Shown: in pieces, positions 7,989 to 17,507 of the stretch
Layout: every line of letters starts with the position of its first letter
Numbering within the stretch: position 1 is the first letter of the stretch
Assembly: GCF_000092105.1 (NCBI RefSeq)
Contig: NC_014149.1
Coordinates: 5,011-37,010, forward strand
Reading direction: 5' to 3'
DNA from: Planctopirus limnophila DSM 3776
GTDB lineage: Bacteria; Planctomycetota; Planctomycetia; Planctomycetales; Planctomycetaceae
DNA: 32,000 nt
Translations under genes and position numbers: made by a program
The notes under the pieces: generated by a model
What the model was told of the DNA's origin: nothing
What the model saw: only the letters and a program-made list of their open reading frames with translations
Database searches by the model: none

Positions 7989-9713
7989 GTGGCAACTGCT
8001 GGAATCCTCGTGACCAAGCTGGTCAGCAACACGGCAGGCTTCGGGCCACCCATCAAGGCGGCTGGCCGCGATGTCTCGCAGTTTGCCGGCATCGTGGAGG
8101 GAACACGCTCTCGACTCGGCGGCCTGGTCGCTGCAGGAGCAGGAGCACTGGGAATCACCAGCCTGGCCGGCGCTCTCGGGTTTGGGATCAAGCTGGCCGC
8201 CGACGCCGAGCAGGCCGAGGTGGCGTTCGGAACATTGTTCCAATCGACGGACAAGGCCAAGGCGATGCTGGGCCAGCTCAATCAGTTTGCGGCCGAGACT
8301 CCGTTCGAGTCTCCGGAACTGGTCAGTGCTGCCCGCATGCTGGCCTCGTTCGGTACTCAGGCGGGGGACATCGTGCCCAACCTGAGAAGAATTGGCGACG
8401 TGGCCGCCGGCACAGGTCAGCCGATCGCCGAGCTGGCTGAGCTGTACGGCAAAGCCAAAGTGCAGGGACGGTTGATGGGTGAAGACATCAACCAGTTGAC
8501 GGGCCGCGGCATTCCAATCATCGGCCAATTGGCGAAGCAGTTCGGCGTGGCTGAGAGCGAAGTCAAGAAGCTGGTCGAACAGGGGAAGGTCGGCTTCCCG
8601 CAACTCGAACAAGCCTTCATCGACATGACCTCGAATGGTGGCATGTTCGCGGGGATGATGCAGGCACAGAGCCAGACTCTGACCGGCATGACGTCCACGT
8701 TGATGGATAACGCCAAGGGGCTGCTCAGGTCCTTTGGAGCGGAAGTCATTGCGGCATTCGACTTGAAGGGAGGTCTGGCTTCCGGGATTGAATTCATTGC
8801 CTCGCTGCAGTCGGGCTTTGATACGATTCGTCCATTGATCCAGCAGACGGGCAACGTCTGGCGAGCCTTCGTCGGGTTCATGGGTGCCGGCTGGTCTGGC
8901 CTCATGGGCGAGATCACATCGAGCACTGGCAGCACGTTTGGCGGCATCACCAACTGGATCATGGAAGCCCTGGTCATGGGTGAGTTTCTGTTTCAGAACT
9001 TTGGCGATGTGATCTATCGGACGTTCATTGCTGCCCAGCTTTCGGCCGTCACGTTCTTCAACGAGATGGTGCATTTCTTCTCGGTCGCCATCCCGGAATA
9101 CATCCGCTGGTTTGGCGATAACTTTCCTGAGATCTTCATGACGGCTGCTGACACGGTGCTGACAGTCCTGATCAATCTCGGTGAGAACATCCGCAACATC
9201 TTCAGCGAGATCTGGAAGTTCATTTCCTCGGGTGGATCGGATGGGCTGAACTTTGACCTGAAGCCATTGACCGAGGGTATCCACAACTCAATCCGGGAAA
9301 TGCCCAACGTCCCGGAGCGTGTGGTCAGCGAGACCGAGGCGGCCTTGCAGAGCCAGCTCAATGATATGGATCAGCAGTTGGGTCAACGCTACGGCGAGCT
9401 CGATCGCCAGCGGGCCAACGCGATGCAGGCACAATCTGCTGCGACGGCCGAGCTGCTTCCGTCAGATCCAGCCAACCCGGCTGCAGCCGGAGCAGCAGCC
9501 AACAAGAACGCGAAAGCCGCTCTCGGTGCATCTGCTTTCGCCGGCACTCAAGAGGCTTATGCGATCATCGCCAAGGCCAGCGCCGGCCCGCAGAAGAAGC
9601 TCGAGGCGGAAGCCAAGAAGACCAACGAGCAGCTCAAGCAAGCCGTGACTCATCTGGGCACGATCGCTGAATCGGTTTCGCAACCTGTGACTCAAGATGT
9701 GGTGGACTTCTGA
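7989..9713 (+). CDS. Tail tape measure protein (TP901-type core)
   Basis: 574 aa, GTG start with GAGGTG upstream. The core AEVAFGTLFQSTDKAKAMLGQLNQFAAETPFESPELVSAARMLASFG...GRLMGEDINQLTGRGIPII...FPQLEQAFIDMTSNGGMFAGMMQAQSQTLTG is typical of tape measure proteins. Confidence 0.9.
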   Translation: MATAGILVTKLVSNTAGFGPPIKAAGRDVSQFAGIVEGTRSRLGGLVAAGAGALGITSLAGALGFGIKLAADAEQAEVAFGTLFQSTDKAKAMLGQLNQFAAETPFESPELVSAARMLASFGTQAGDIVPNLRRIGDVAAGTGQPIAELAELYGKAKVQGRLMGEDINQLTGRGIPIIGQLAKQFGVAESEVKKLVEQGKVGFPQLEQAFIDMTSNGGMFAGMMQAQSQTLTGMTSTLMDNAKGLLRSFGAEVIAAFDLKGGLASGIEFIASLQSGFDTIRPLIQQTGNVWRAFVGFMGAGWSGLMGEITSSTGSTFGGITNWIMEALVMGEFLFQNFGDVIYRTFIAAQLSAVTFFNEMVHFFSVAIPEYIRWFGDNFPEIFMTAADTVLTVLINLGENIRNIFSEIWKFISSGGSDGLNFDLKPLTEGIHNSIREMPNVPERVVSETEAALQSQLNDMDQQLGQRYGELDRQRANAMQAQSAATAELLPSDPANPAAAGAAANKNAKAALGASAFAGTQEAYAIIAKASAGPQKKLEAEAKKTNEQLKQAVTHLGTIAESVSQPVTQDVVDF

Positions 9714-10606
9714 TGGCTTCGATTGTGGATGTAGAACGTCTGTTCGGTCGCGGGTTCGACGTCACCATTGATCCGAGCTCGAAGGTCACGCGCAACTATA
9801 AGCGAAAGCTCAGGCTGAGAGTTGATGAAAACCTTGACCCAGACCAAGTGGCGAATCTCTACGGAGTCGAGCAGTTCTACACGCATCCCCGCGACCCGTT
9901 CGCGTTCTTGCGCAAGCTGAGCTGCACCGATGTGCCCGACAAGATCGATCCCTGGGTCTACGAGCTGAATCTCGAATACTCGACGGATCAGCCCGACCTG
10001 CAGGAGCAGCCACCCAAAGAGCCAGGCGAATCCGATGATCCGCTCCTCGATCCCATGGAGATCGAGTGGCAGAGTGAAGAGACACAGACGATTAAGTTCC
10101 GCGATCGCGACAATCGACCATTCCTCAACACGGCGGGGGATGTCATCGAGTCACCGCCACCCATTCCCGACTCGACACTGAAGCTGGTCGTGACTCGCAA
10201 CGAAGCCTATTACGATCCGGCCCGGGCCAGGTTCTTTGGCAACACGATCAACCAGCATGCGTTCTACGGTTGTGAGCCTGGTCAGCTCAGGCTGCATCCC
10301 TTCGGTTCGAAGCAGAGCCGGCGGAATGGTCGCATCTACTGGCCACACACATACATCATGGAGTTCAAGCAAGATGGCTGGCAGCCGAAGCAGATCTCGG
10401 CCGGTTACCGCGAACTGGTCGACGGCCAGCTGACACGGATCAAGGATCCGGAGACTCGCAACGACGTCAGCGAACCGATTCCCCTGGATGCTGATGGGCG
10501 AGCCATTCCAGCGGAAGACCTCAAGGCCAACCCGGATCTCGCCGTCTACATCGAATTCACAGGCTTTCGCGAAACCGACTTTGCCCAGCTCGGTCTCAAC
10601 CTGTAG
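9713..10606 (+). CDS. Putative minor tail / distal tail protein (position-based)
   Basis: 297-aa ORF whose ATG overlaps the tape measure stop (TGATG). No motif recognised; the function is inferred from synteny only. Confidence 0.5.
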   Translation: MASIVDVERLFGRGFDVTIDPSSKVTRNYKRKLRLRVDENLDPDQVANLYGVEQFYTHPRDPFAFLRKLSCTDVPDKIDPWVYELNLEYSTDQPDLQEQPPKEPGESDDPLLDPMEIEWQSEETQTIKFRDRDNRPFLNTAGDVIESPPPIPDSTLKLVVTRNEAYYDPARARFFGNTINQHAFYGCEPGQLRLHPFGSKQSRRNGRIYWPHTYIMEFKQDGWQPKQISAGYRELVDGQLTRIKDPETRNDVSEPIPLDADGRAIPAEDLKANPDLAVYIEFTGFRETDFAQLGLNL

Positions 10607-10639
10607 CGCAACGGTGCAGCCTCAGGTGAGGAGCTGAGC

Positions 10640-12364
10640 ATGGCTGTGAAAGTTGCAGATCGCGTTCTCGAAACCACGAACACCACAGGGACTGGCAGCT
10701 TCCAGCTGCTGGGGACTCAGACTGGTTTTGTGCGGTTTCGCGACGGCGGGATTCTGACAGGCGAGCAGGTCTATTATGTGGCCGAACATCCCACGCTGGA
10801 TGAGTGGGAAGTTGGCGTCGGCACGTTGACCACGGGCACTCCCGATGTGCTGGCCCGGGTGCAGATCCTGAGCAGCTCGAATGCCGGTTCGGCAGTCAGC
10901 TTTTCACCCGGCCGCAAACGCATCCGCTGCACGTTGCCGGCAGAGGCCTTGGAAGATTACGGCGATCTCTTAGGGCAAATCAATTCACACGCCTCACGTC
11001 ACAAGCATGGCGGGGCGGATGAAGTGGCCACAGCTACGCCAGCAGCCAATGCGATCCCCAAAGCCGGGGCGGGTGGCAGCCTGGCAGATGGCTGGATTCC
11101 CTCACTGGCCATCAGCAAAACCACTGGCCTGCAGGCGGCACTGGACGCTAAGGCAGCTCTGTCTCACAATCACGGCGATGCCGATCTAATAGCCCTCGAT
11201 GCTGCCAAGCTGACCGGCACGATTGATCCAGCTCGTTTGCCAGTGCTCCCCAGTTCGGTGCAGATCGTGTCGAGTGGCGGAATTGCTGACCTGACCTCTC
11301 CCCAGCAGGCAGAGATCGGGGACGGCTCGATCGTCACCACGACCGATGGGCGACGATGGGTCTATACAGGATCCGGGAGCAAGACCTCCGAGGCCAGCTA
11401 TATCGAGCTGGCAGACCTCACTCCGGAATGGAGTGTCATTGCCAACAAGCCCGCGATCCTCACTGCGATCGATGCCCTGTCTGCGGCTGGAATCATTGCC
11501 CGCACAGGAGCAGGCACAGTCGCAGCTCGCACCATCACACAGGGAACAGGCGTCACTGTCACGAATGGCGATGGCGTCTCAGGTAATCCGACGATTGCGA
11601 TTGGTCAAGCGGTGGCGACGACAAGCGATGTGACTTTCAACACATTAACGACCACCAGCACGGCAAACGTGCAAGGATCAATGCGAGTTGGTTCAGCGGG
11701 GGCGGTGGGCAACGCCAGCTACATGATGCAGGTTGTGCAGAATGCAGCATCAACTCGCAATTTTGTTGTTGAGAATAGCAGCGGAACACATAACGCGGGT
11801 TTTGTTGTCATTGCTGGTTCTCGAAACATGTCATTCACCCAAACGCCAAGCGGCGCTTCGGGCATGACTGTCACTGGTGGCGGCGATCTGCTTTTCAACA
11901 TTGGATCGGCTGATCGACACTACATGCAGGCCGCTGGATCATTCCGAGACTTTGGTATTTCCTCTACACCAAGCGGCGTATCTGGATGGGCAACCCGATG
12001 GGCTGACACTTCTGGAAATTGGTATACGCGAGCGGGAACTGGCTCGATTTACCGCCTCGGAGCTCAAGGTCTGTTCGCGATCACCTACGGGGCGACGATC
12101 ACTCCGGACGCGAACAACGGGCCGGTGCAGTCCTGCACGCTCACGGGGGCGGTGACAGTCGCTGCTCCAACAAACATGTCATCGGGTGATTTCCTCAATC
12201 TGGTGCTCATCCAGGATGGCACTGGTGGCAGAGCAGTCACCCTTTCGGCTTTTTCCCTGACCAGCAACTCGGCGGCGATTGATACGACCGCCAATAAGCG
12301 GCAGGAAATTCAGATCCGCCGCGACGGTTCCATTTATCGAGCCCATGTTCTCGGGAGCTATTAA
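10640..12364 (+). CDS. Tail fibre protein
   Basis: 574 aa with a strong SD (GGTGAGGAG). It contains HKHGGADE and SHNHGDADL His-x-His type motifs common in phage fibres. The central region is Gly/Thr/Ser/Ala-rich and repetitive. Confidence 0.7.
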   Translation: MAVKVADRVLETTNTTGTGSFQLLGTQTGFVRFRDGGILTGEQVYYVAEHPTLDEWEVGVGTLTTGTPDVLARVQILSSSNAGSAVSFSPGRKRIRCTLPAEALEDYGDLLGQINSHASRHKHGGADEVATATPAANAIPKAGAGGSLADGWIPSLAISKTTGLQAALDAKAALSHNHGDADLIALDAAKLTGTIDPARLPVLPSSVQIVSSGGIADLTSPQQAEIGDGSIVTTTDGRRWVYTGSGSKTSEASYIELADLTPEWSVIANKPAILTAIDALSAAGIIARTGAGTVAARTITQGTGVTVTNGDGVSGNPTIAIGQAVATTSDVTFNTLTTTSTANVQGSMRVGSAGAVGNASYMMQVVQNAASTRNFVVENSSGTHNAGFVVIAGSRNMSFTQTPSGASGMTVTGGGDLLFNIGSADRHYMQAAGSFRDFGISSTPSGVSGWATRWADTSGNWYTRAGTGSIYRLGAQGLFAITYGATITPDANNGPVQSCTLTGAVTVAAPTNMSSGDFLNLVLIQDGTGGRAVTLSAFSLTSNSAAIDTTANKRQEIQIRRDGSIYRAHVLGSY

Positions 12365-12367
12365 GCC

Positions 12368-12724
12368 ATGCTTGCCCAACTCAACTTCCCCAATCCACTC
12401 GACCCGACTGGCAGCTATCCCAACGCATTCTGCTGGGCGGATGAGTTCTGCAATTTCACGCAAGAACGCAGGCTCTCGGCGGTCTTTAAGATCTACGCTT
12501 CGCCCGAAGCCTACTTCACTGGAAAGCCTCCCGTGGCCTCACGGTCGATCACTGTTGAAGGGCAGGACTATCTCGACCTGCTGGCAGCCAATGCTGCGGC
12601 CTTCACCAGTCTGGGTGATCTGCTGAGTACACACGCGAAAGAGAGCGTCCCCGAGTTCTCTGCCGCAGTCCAAGTGCCAACCACACTCCCAACCACCCTA
12701 GATCCAAGGCAACTGCCGGAATGA
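12368..12724 (+). CDS. Hypothetical protein (tail-fibre associated by position)
   Basis: 118-aa ORF starting 3 nt after the fibre stop, co-oriented. Confidence 0.55.
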   Translation: MLAQLNFPNPLDPTGSYPNAFCWADEFCNFTQERRLSAVFKIYASPEAYFTGKPPVASRSITVEGQDYLDLLAANAAAFTSLGDLLSTHAKESVPEFSAAVQVPTTLPTTLDPRQLPE

Positions 12725-12945
12725 ACGATCACGAATTCACCATCTACATCAGGAATCTCGAAGCCCAGAGAAACACGGCGATGAACGCGAACGCGGAGCT
12801 TTCGGCCCGCCTCTCGTCGGCTGTGCATCGTCTTCAGCAACTGGAGGCTGCCAACGCGGATCTCACTGCTCGCCTGCAAGCCTGCGAGCCAGCCAGTGAG
12901 TCAAACGAACCGGTCGCATCCACTGAAGAGGTGCCACAACCATAA
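12721..12945 (+). CDS. Hypothetical small coiled-coil protein
   Basis: 74-aa ORF with ATGA overlap to the upstream gene. Heptad-like segment EAQRNTAMNANAELSARLSSAVHRLQQLEAANADLTARLQA. Confidence 0.55.
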   Translation: MNDHEFTIYIRNLEAQRNTAMNANAELSARLSSAVHRLQQLEAANADLTARLQACEPASESNEPVASTEEVPQP

Positions 12946-13112
12946 TGCTCGGTAATGAGTCCATGTGTGAAGTCTCTGTGGGCGAACGTGTCCCGCGTGT
13001 CCCGGAAGTGGCAGCCAAGCTGGCAGACATCACAGAGACGCTCACGTTCCCCGTGACTGAGTTCGATGAACGAAACACAATTCAAGGCTCGATCATCGAG
13101 CAACCTGGTTAA
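12945..13112 (+). CDS. Hypothetical small protein (55 aa, below the ORF-track cutoff)
   Basis: ATG at 12945 overlaps the upstream TAA (TAATG). The frame stays open to TAA 13110-13112 and fills an otherwise empty gap. Translation MLGNESMCEVSVGERVPRVPEVAAKLADITETLTFPVTEFDERNTIQGSIIEQPG. Confidence 0.4.
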   Translation: MLGNESMCEVSVGERVPRVPEVAAKLADITETLTFPVTEFDERNTIQGSIIEQPG

Positions 13113-13120
13113 GGTGTTCC

Positions 13121-13642
13121 ATGCCTGGAGTGATCTATCTCGACAATGATCTCGATGTTGTCGTCAGGGGTTTGAGACTGGCCGAGGACAACTCGCCGAT
13201 CAATGACGCCGAGTTGTATGTGGCTCTCGGCCGCAAGCTGATTTCTGGAGAAATCACAGCAGCGACGAACGCCACACCGATCGTCATCACGAGCGCTGGC
13301 CACGGTCTCTCGAACGGTGACTCGGTGGTCATCATGAACGTGGAAGGGAACCTCGCAGCGAATGGTGGCTGGGAGGTTGCCAACGTCACGACGAACACCT
13401 TCGAGCTGGTCGGCTCTGTGGGGTCCGCCGCGTATGAGGCCAGCGGCGTCTGGTATGCCGGCGTCACTGATGCGATCCACATTCCGCTCGAGAGTGAACC
13501 CGGGGAAGCCGGTCATTACCGCGGCACGATCCCCGGGAGCGTCAACATCAATCGCGGTGAGATGCTCGTGGAGCTGATCTACTGCCGAAATTACCAACTG
13601 GGCTGGCAGCGCGAACTGCAGGGAAGGATCCGCACACGATGA
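13121..13642 (+). CDS. Hypothetical tail-module protein
   Basis: 173-aa ORF with AAGGTG upstream. ITSAGHGLSNGDSVVIMNVEGNLAANGGWEVANVTTNTFEL is a motif seen in several phage structural proteins. The exact family was not identified. Confidence 0.6.
   Translation: MPGVIYLDNDLDVVVRGLRLAEDNSPINDAELYVALGRKLISGEITAATNATPIVITSAGHGLSNGDSVVIMNVEGNLAANGGWEVANVTTNTFELVGSVGSAAYEASGVWYAGVTDAIHIPLESEPGEAGHYRGTIPGSVNINRGEMLVELIYCRNYQLGWQRELQGRIRTR
13239..13256. repeat. Copy 3 of TGATTTC-N4-GAAATCA (spacer TGGA), inside ORF 13121..13642 (encodes LISGEIT)
   Basis: Read directly from the sequence. The 18-mer is identical to copy 6. Confidence 0.95.
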
Positions 13643-14019
13643 CCGCAGTGATGTTCAGCCAGGGAGCGGCCCGCAAGATCCGTACGGCGACCGAGAGAGT
13701 TTTGGGGAAAGGGCCGCCGCCGCCAATCAACAGCACTCGACCTAGCCCGCTGCGTCCCGAGAACCGTTACATGGGGAAGTTCGTCACGTCCTTGGAGGCT
13801 CCGGAGATCGACCCGGAGATTGACCGCATTGTGCCGACGTCGGCCACGTTTCAGGTCTGGCTCCCTGATCCAGAGCAGCCCGACGTGCAGCTCATCCCCA
13901 CTGACATCGAAATGCTGGTGTATAACTTCGACCCGAGTCTGACGGCCGAACCCGATATCTTCGGGAAGATCGAATATCTGAATGGCGTCTGGTCTCCCTA
14001 TTGGGCCAGTTGCGAGTAA
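13639..14019 (+). CDS. Hypothetical protein
   Basis: 126-aa ORF with ATGA overlap to the upstream gene. Confidence 0.55.
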   Translation: MTAVMFSQGAARKIRTATERVLGKGPPPPINSTRPSPLRPENRYMGKFVTSLEAPEIDPEIDRIVPTSATFQVWLPDPEQPDVQLIPTDIEMLVYNFDPSLTAEPDIFGKIEYLNGVWSPYWASCE

Positions 14020-14031
14020 AGGATTGCTGAG

Positions 14032-15168
14032 ATGGGACGCCCCTGTGCCTGCTGCGGTTGTCGCTGCACCCTCGAAGAGCGAAACGCGAACGTCATGGAG
14101 GAGACGGATCTCGTCACCTTCCCGGCCTCAATCACCGGTAGCACAATCACAACGGCTGGCAATGAAGAAGATGGCAGTCCTTTCACTTACAAATGCAGCA
14201 ACACGCTTTCGCCAACGAATCATCCACCCAGTAGAGTCTGGACTCACGAGTATGAGACGGGGGCGATTTACAACGGAGCGTTATACGCCAGTTTTCCCTC
14301 GACAATTACCGCAGACCTGGATGGATCAGGATTCACCAGAGGGCCAGTTATCGACCTTGAATTTCTGGCTTCAACTGGCGTTCTTATTCCGAGCTCATGG
14401 GTTCGCTTCGATGGGTTCAGCTTTGGTTTCCCAACTTACACAGCGACTAGTCAATTTGTTTACGGTGGAACTCCAACAGCTATTGTCGCAGGACAGTTTT
14501 TCCCGGAACCGTTTGTTCCTGATGGTCATTCTCGATTGATTGATATTCGATGGGATCAAGCAGAATCGCGACACATCAGTCGAACTTACGATGACGAGCC
14601 ACTGGTTGAAAACTTCAGGTGGCTTTATTCGCAGTTCTATTCTTTCAACTTTACAACAGGTCTCTATGAAACTTCCGGCTCAATGACGAGCACCAACACT
14701 TATAGCCCCACGCTTATCGAAAGTGATGTCACTGACTTTTTCAATGAGTTGCGGCCGCTGGTTAAGCAAGGCGATCAGATTGGATACTTCGGAGCAGGGC
14801 CGACAATACACGCGACAAGCGGCATCTGGTCACGACTGTCAGTGAGCAACGTGTTAAGCGGAACAGTGATTCGCCCGAAAGCAACGCCAACAGTCGGAAC
14901 TGATTTTCTTGGAGCCTGGGAAAACTTCACGCTTGACCTCACGGAAGGAGCAGAACCTATTTATTTCGGACTTGGCTATTTCCGAATTGCTCCCACTCCA
15001 AAACCATTTGTGACTGTAGATATCGGCCCGCCTTCTGGTGGAGGCCCGTACGGTGCTGACACATTCACATTGAACTATTATCTCGACCATGTCGTAGAAC
15101 CCTGGACGTTCACGGACAACTTCGAATGGGACAGTGTCTGCGTCAAGCTGCTTCCCTCTGACGTCTGA
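14032..15168 (+). CDS. Hypothetical protein, candidate receptor-binding / distal tail protein; Cys-rich N-terminus
   Basis: 378-aa ORF with AAGGA 8 nt upstream. It is the last gene of the structural arm and is visibly more AT-rich than its neighbours. N-terminus MGRPCACCGCRC. Confidence 0.6.
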   Translation: MGRPCACCGCRCTLEERNANVMEETDLVTFPASITGSTITTAGNEEDGSPFTYKCSNTLSPTNHPPSRVWTHEYETGAIYNGALYASFPSTITADLDGSGFTRGPVIDLEFLASTGVLIPSSWVRFDGFSFGFPTYTATSQFVYGGTPTAIVAGQFFPEPFVPDGHSRLIDIRWDQAESRHISRTYDDEPLVENFRWLYSQFYSFNFTTGLYETSGSMTSTNTYSPTLIESDVTDFFNELRPLVKQGDQIGYFGAGPTIHATSGIWSRLSVSNVLSGTVIRPKATPTVGTDFLGAWENFTLDLTEGAEPIYFGLGYFRIAPTPKPFVTVDIGPPSGGGPYGADTFTLNYYLDHVVEPWTFTDNFEWDSVCVKLLPSDV

Positions 15169-15204
15169 TCGCGCAACAGTTGGCCTCATAACGGGAGGCC
15201 CACT

Positions 15205-16056
15205 GTGCTGCTGGCAGAAGCGATCGATCAATTCCTGAACCATGTTCTCGCGACGCGCAAGCCCGCGACCGAACGTCATTATCGGGAACGACTGCAAGGC
15301 CTCCGGAAGCTGCACGGTACCAGCTCGATCGACTCACTGACGACATCCTCGATCGAGCAGCATTTCGCTCAGGCCAATCACTGGCCGGACGGCAGGCCCA
15401 AGGCTCCCGATACCATCCGGGCCAACATCATTGCCTGGGAGCAGCTGCAGGCGTTTCTCCTGCAGGAGCAACTCATTCCGCAGGCGTTGACGGGGGCGAT
15501 CGCCAAGCCTTCTGGGCAGCTCAGGGAACGCCTTCCGACGAAGGATGAGATTGCCAGGATTCTGGCAGCCGCTGTCCCTGCCTTTGCTCTGATCTACCGG
15601 GCCTTGAGATTGTCCGGCTGCCGGCCAAGTGAGTTGGCCAAGGCGACCTTTGCCGACTGGGATCAACGTGAAGGAGTGATCAGCCTGGCTGACCACAAGA
15701 CCGCAACGAAGTCGAAACGACCCAGACGCATCGCAGTGGGCGACAAGCTGCTGGAGTATCTGCGATTGGCGATCGGTGACCGCACCGAGGGGCCGCTCTT
15801 CCTGACCAGCCAGGGCAAGCCCTGGACTTCCGCCCGGCTTTCGCAAGAGTTCCGCAGAACACGCGAGCGGGCCGGTCTCTCGAAGGATCTTGTGCTGTAT
15901 CTCACAAGACACGAACACGCCACCCAGTTGTGCGAGAAGCTCGATCTCAATGCGGCCGCCGAGGCCTTGGGTCATGCGTCGCTCAACACGACCCGACGTT
16001 ATCTCCACCTCTCAGCCAAGAAGCTGAAGGCCAATCAGGATCTCTTTGAGGAATGA
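15205..16056 (+). CDS. int: Tyrosine recombinase / integrase 1 (XerC/D-like size)
   Basis: 283 aa, GTG start with GGGAGG 6 nt upstream. Motifs: LRLSGCRPSEL (Arg I), LTRHEHATQL (His/Arg box), LGHASLNTTRRYLH (His-Tyr box). Confidence 0.85.
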   Translation: MLLAEAIDQFLNHVLATRKPATERHYRERLQGLRKLHGTSSIDSLTTSSIEQHFAQANHWPDGRPKAPDTIRANIIAWEQLQAFLLQEQLIPQALTGAIAKPSGQLRERLPTKDEIARILAAAVPAFALIYRALRLSGCRPSELAKATFADWDQREGVISLADHKTATKSKRPRRIAVGDKLLEYLRLAIGDRTEGPLFLTSQGKPWTSARLSQEFRRTRERAGLSKDLVLYLTRHEHATQLCEKLDLNAAAEALGHASLNTTRRYLHLSAKKLKANQDLFEE

Positions 16057-16366
16057 TGTCGTGAAGGATTTCCTTTTCTGTTGGCTGATGAGCTTCATTG
16101 TGGGTTTATTGTTTGTAGCCTTCTGGATCGGCTGTTGGCTGTGGGTGTGCGCGATGGATCGTTGGCCAGTTGAAGCAGGCACGATAACGGTCGCTGTCAT
16201 ACTGGTCGTTGTCTCTTTCCTCATTGCTCTGGCCGTACGAGATCGAGGCGATGAACAGCAGGAACATGAGGATCGCTTTTTGAATTACCAGCAGCTTTGT
16301 GAGCAGCGGAAACAAGAAGGCAAACCACTGCCCCTACCTCCGATGCTTGATCGGACCCAGTGGTGA
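16046..16366 (+). CDS. Small membrane protein (two predicted TM helices); function unknown
   Basis: The ORF has two hydrophobic stretches (FLFCWLMSFIVGLLFVAFWIGCWLWVCA and GTITVAVILVVVSFLIALAV) and a charged tail. The start is uncertain: TTG 16046, GTG 16061 or ATG 16088. Confidence 0.55.
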   Translation: MRNDVVKDFLFCWLMSFIVGLLFVAFWIGCWLWVCAMDRWPVEAGTITVAVILVVVSFLIALAVRDRGDEQQEHEDRFLNYQQLCEQRKQEGKPLPLPPMLDRTQW

Positions 16367-16373
16367 AGCCGAC

Positions 16374-16391
16374 TGATTTCCTCAGAAATCA
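16374..16391. repeat. Copy 4 of TGATTTC-N4-GAAATCA (spacer CTCA), intergenic
   Basis: Read directly from the sequence, 7 nt after the stop of the membrane-protein ORF. The flanking C/G extends the palindrome to 16373-16392. Confidence 0.95.
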
Positions 16392-16408
16392 GTGATTGAA
16401 AACAAGGT

Positions 16409-16440
16409 GGCCATGGGGATGCGTCAACACCCCCATGGCC
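16409..16440 (+). terminator. GC-rich hairpin (10-bp stem, 12-nt loop), possible terminator without a T-tract
   Basis: GGCCATGGGG (16409-16418) pairs with CCCCATGGCC (16431-16440). Confidence 0.35.
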
Positions 16441-16622
16441 TGCAATCCGACCTGATCGCACAGGCCGGCTGCATTCGCCAAAGGAGCGGACATGCAGCGG
16501 TATCCCTGTGCGCAAAACGTAGGTAAATCAGCAGGCCCGGGCGGTCTGCCACGTGGCCCTCCGGAAAAGATCGATCGACTCGCCGTCGTCTGGATCGATC
16601 ATTCCGTTTGTGAGGGTTACCC

Positions 16623-17447
16623 GTGAGAAATCAAATTGTTTGCTGGTTTGGTAGTAAGGCTGCGCTTGCTCCCGAGATCCTTCCCGAGTTCGGGCCGCAC
16701 AAGGCCTACTTCGAACCTTTTGCCGGTGGCATGGCGATGCTGTTGAGAAAGCCGCCTTGTCTCCGTGAAACCGTCAACGATCTGCACCAGGATCTGACCA
16801 ACCTTGCCAGAGTGCTGGCTCATCCGATTGATGGAGCTGCCCTGTACCGTCGATTGTCACGCATGCTTTGCAACGAGCAGCTCCACCGGGAATCTCGTGA
16901 GCTGCTCGAACAGCCCTTTGAGCCTGGTCTTGAGCGTGCGGTCCACTACTTTTACGTGTCATGGATGGGGAGAATGGGCTCGATCGGAGCCAGCACCTGC
17001 AACTCCATGGCTCATGGTTACAAGACCAGCTCAAACTCTTGTTCGAGGAAGCTGCGAGCGGCGGTCGAGTCAATCAACGCATGGCGGAAGAGGCTGCGTG
17101 ATGTGACCATAACAAACCGGGATGCGTTCACCTTGATCGATCAGCTCGGTGACGAGAGCGGTATGTTGATCTATCTCGACCCGCCCTATATCGAGAAGAA
17201 GGGCAAGTATCATTTCGATCTGCGGCCGGAAGATCACGGACGCTTGGCAGATGCGGTCAAGCGGTTCAAGAAGGCCCGAGTGATTGTGAGCTATACCGAC
17301 CATCCACAGCTCGCTCAGCTTTACCCGCCGGATCGATGGACAAAGCGAGTGCTGGTCCACAAATCGCAGACAAACAAGCTGGCCAAACGAGGGATTGTCA
17401 AGCCGCCTGAAGTGCTGCTTATCAACGGGCCATCCCTCTCCGCCTGA
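16623..17447 (+). CDS. DNA N6-adenine methyltransferase, D12/Dam class, with no adjacent restriction gene
   Basis: 274 aa, GTG start with GAGGG upstream. N-terminal WFGSKAALAPEIL...YFEPFAGGMAML (AdoMet motif) and IYLDPPY (catalytic DPPY). No endonuclease-like neighbour. Confidence 0.85.
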   Translation: MRNQIVCWFGSKAALAPEILPEFGPHKAYFEPFAGGMAMLLRKPPCLRETVNDLHQDLTNLARVLAHPIDGAALYRRLSRMLCNEQLHRESRELLEQPFEPGLERAVHYFYVSWMGRMGSIGASTCNSMAHGYKTSSNSCSRKLRAAVESINAWRKRLRDVTITNRDAFTLIDQLGDESGMLIYLDPPYIEKKGKYHFDLRPEDHGRLADAVKRFKKARVIVSYTDHPQLAQLYPPDRWTKRVLVHKSQTNKLAKRGIVKPPEVLLINGPSLSA

Positions 17448-17507
17448 CGCTTGCCTGATCACTGAACAATTAGCCCAGCAATAAGTTCAGACCGTTGCAG
17501 AAGATCA

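Noticed and set aside
7878-9284. 468-aa minus-strand ORF
   Set aside because: It is antisense to the tape measure gene, which has unmistakable tape measure motifs. It is a shadow ORF. The same reasoning applies to the other long minus-strand ORFs over structural genes (2197..2994, 3448..3975, 4148..4876, 7190..7822, 15334..16008).
16046-16366. Holin assignment for the two-TM small protein
   Set aside because: No endolysin or spanin gene is adjacent or anywhere in the window, and the gene sits in the int/att island rather than a lysis cassette. It is left as a membrane protein of unknown function.
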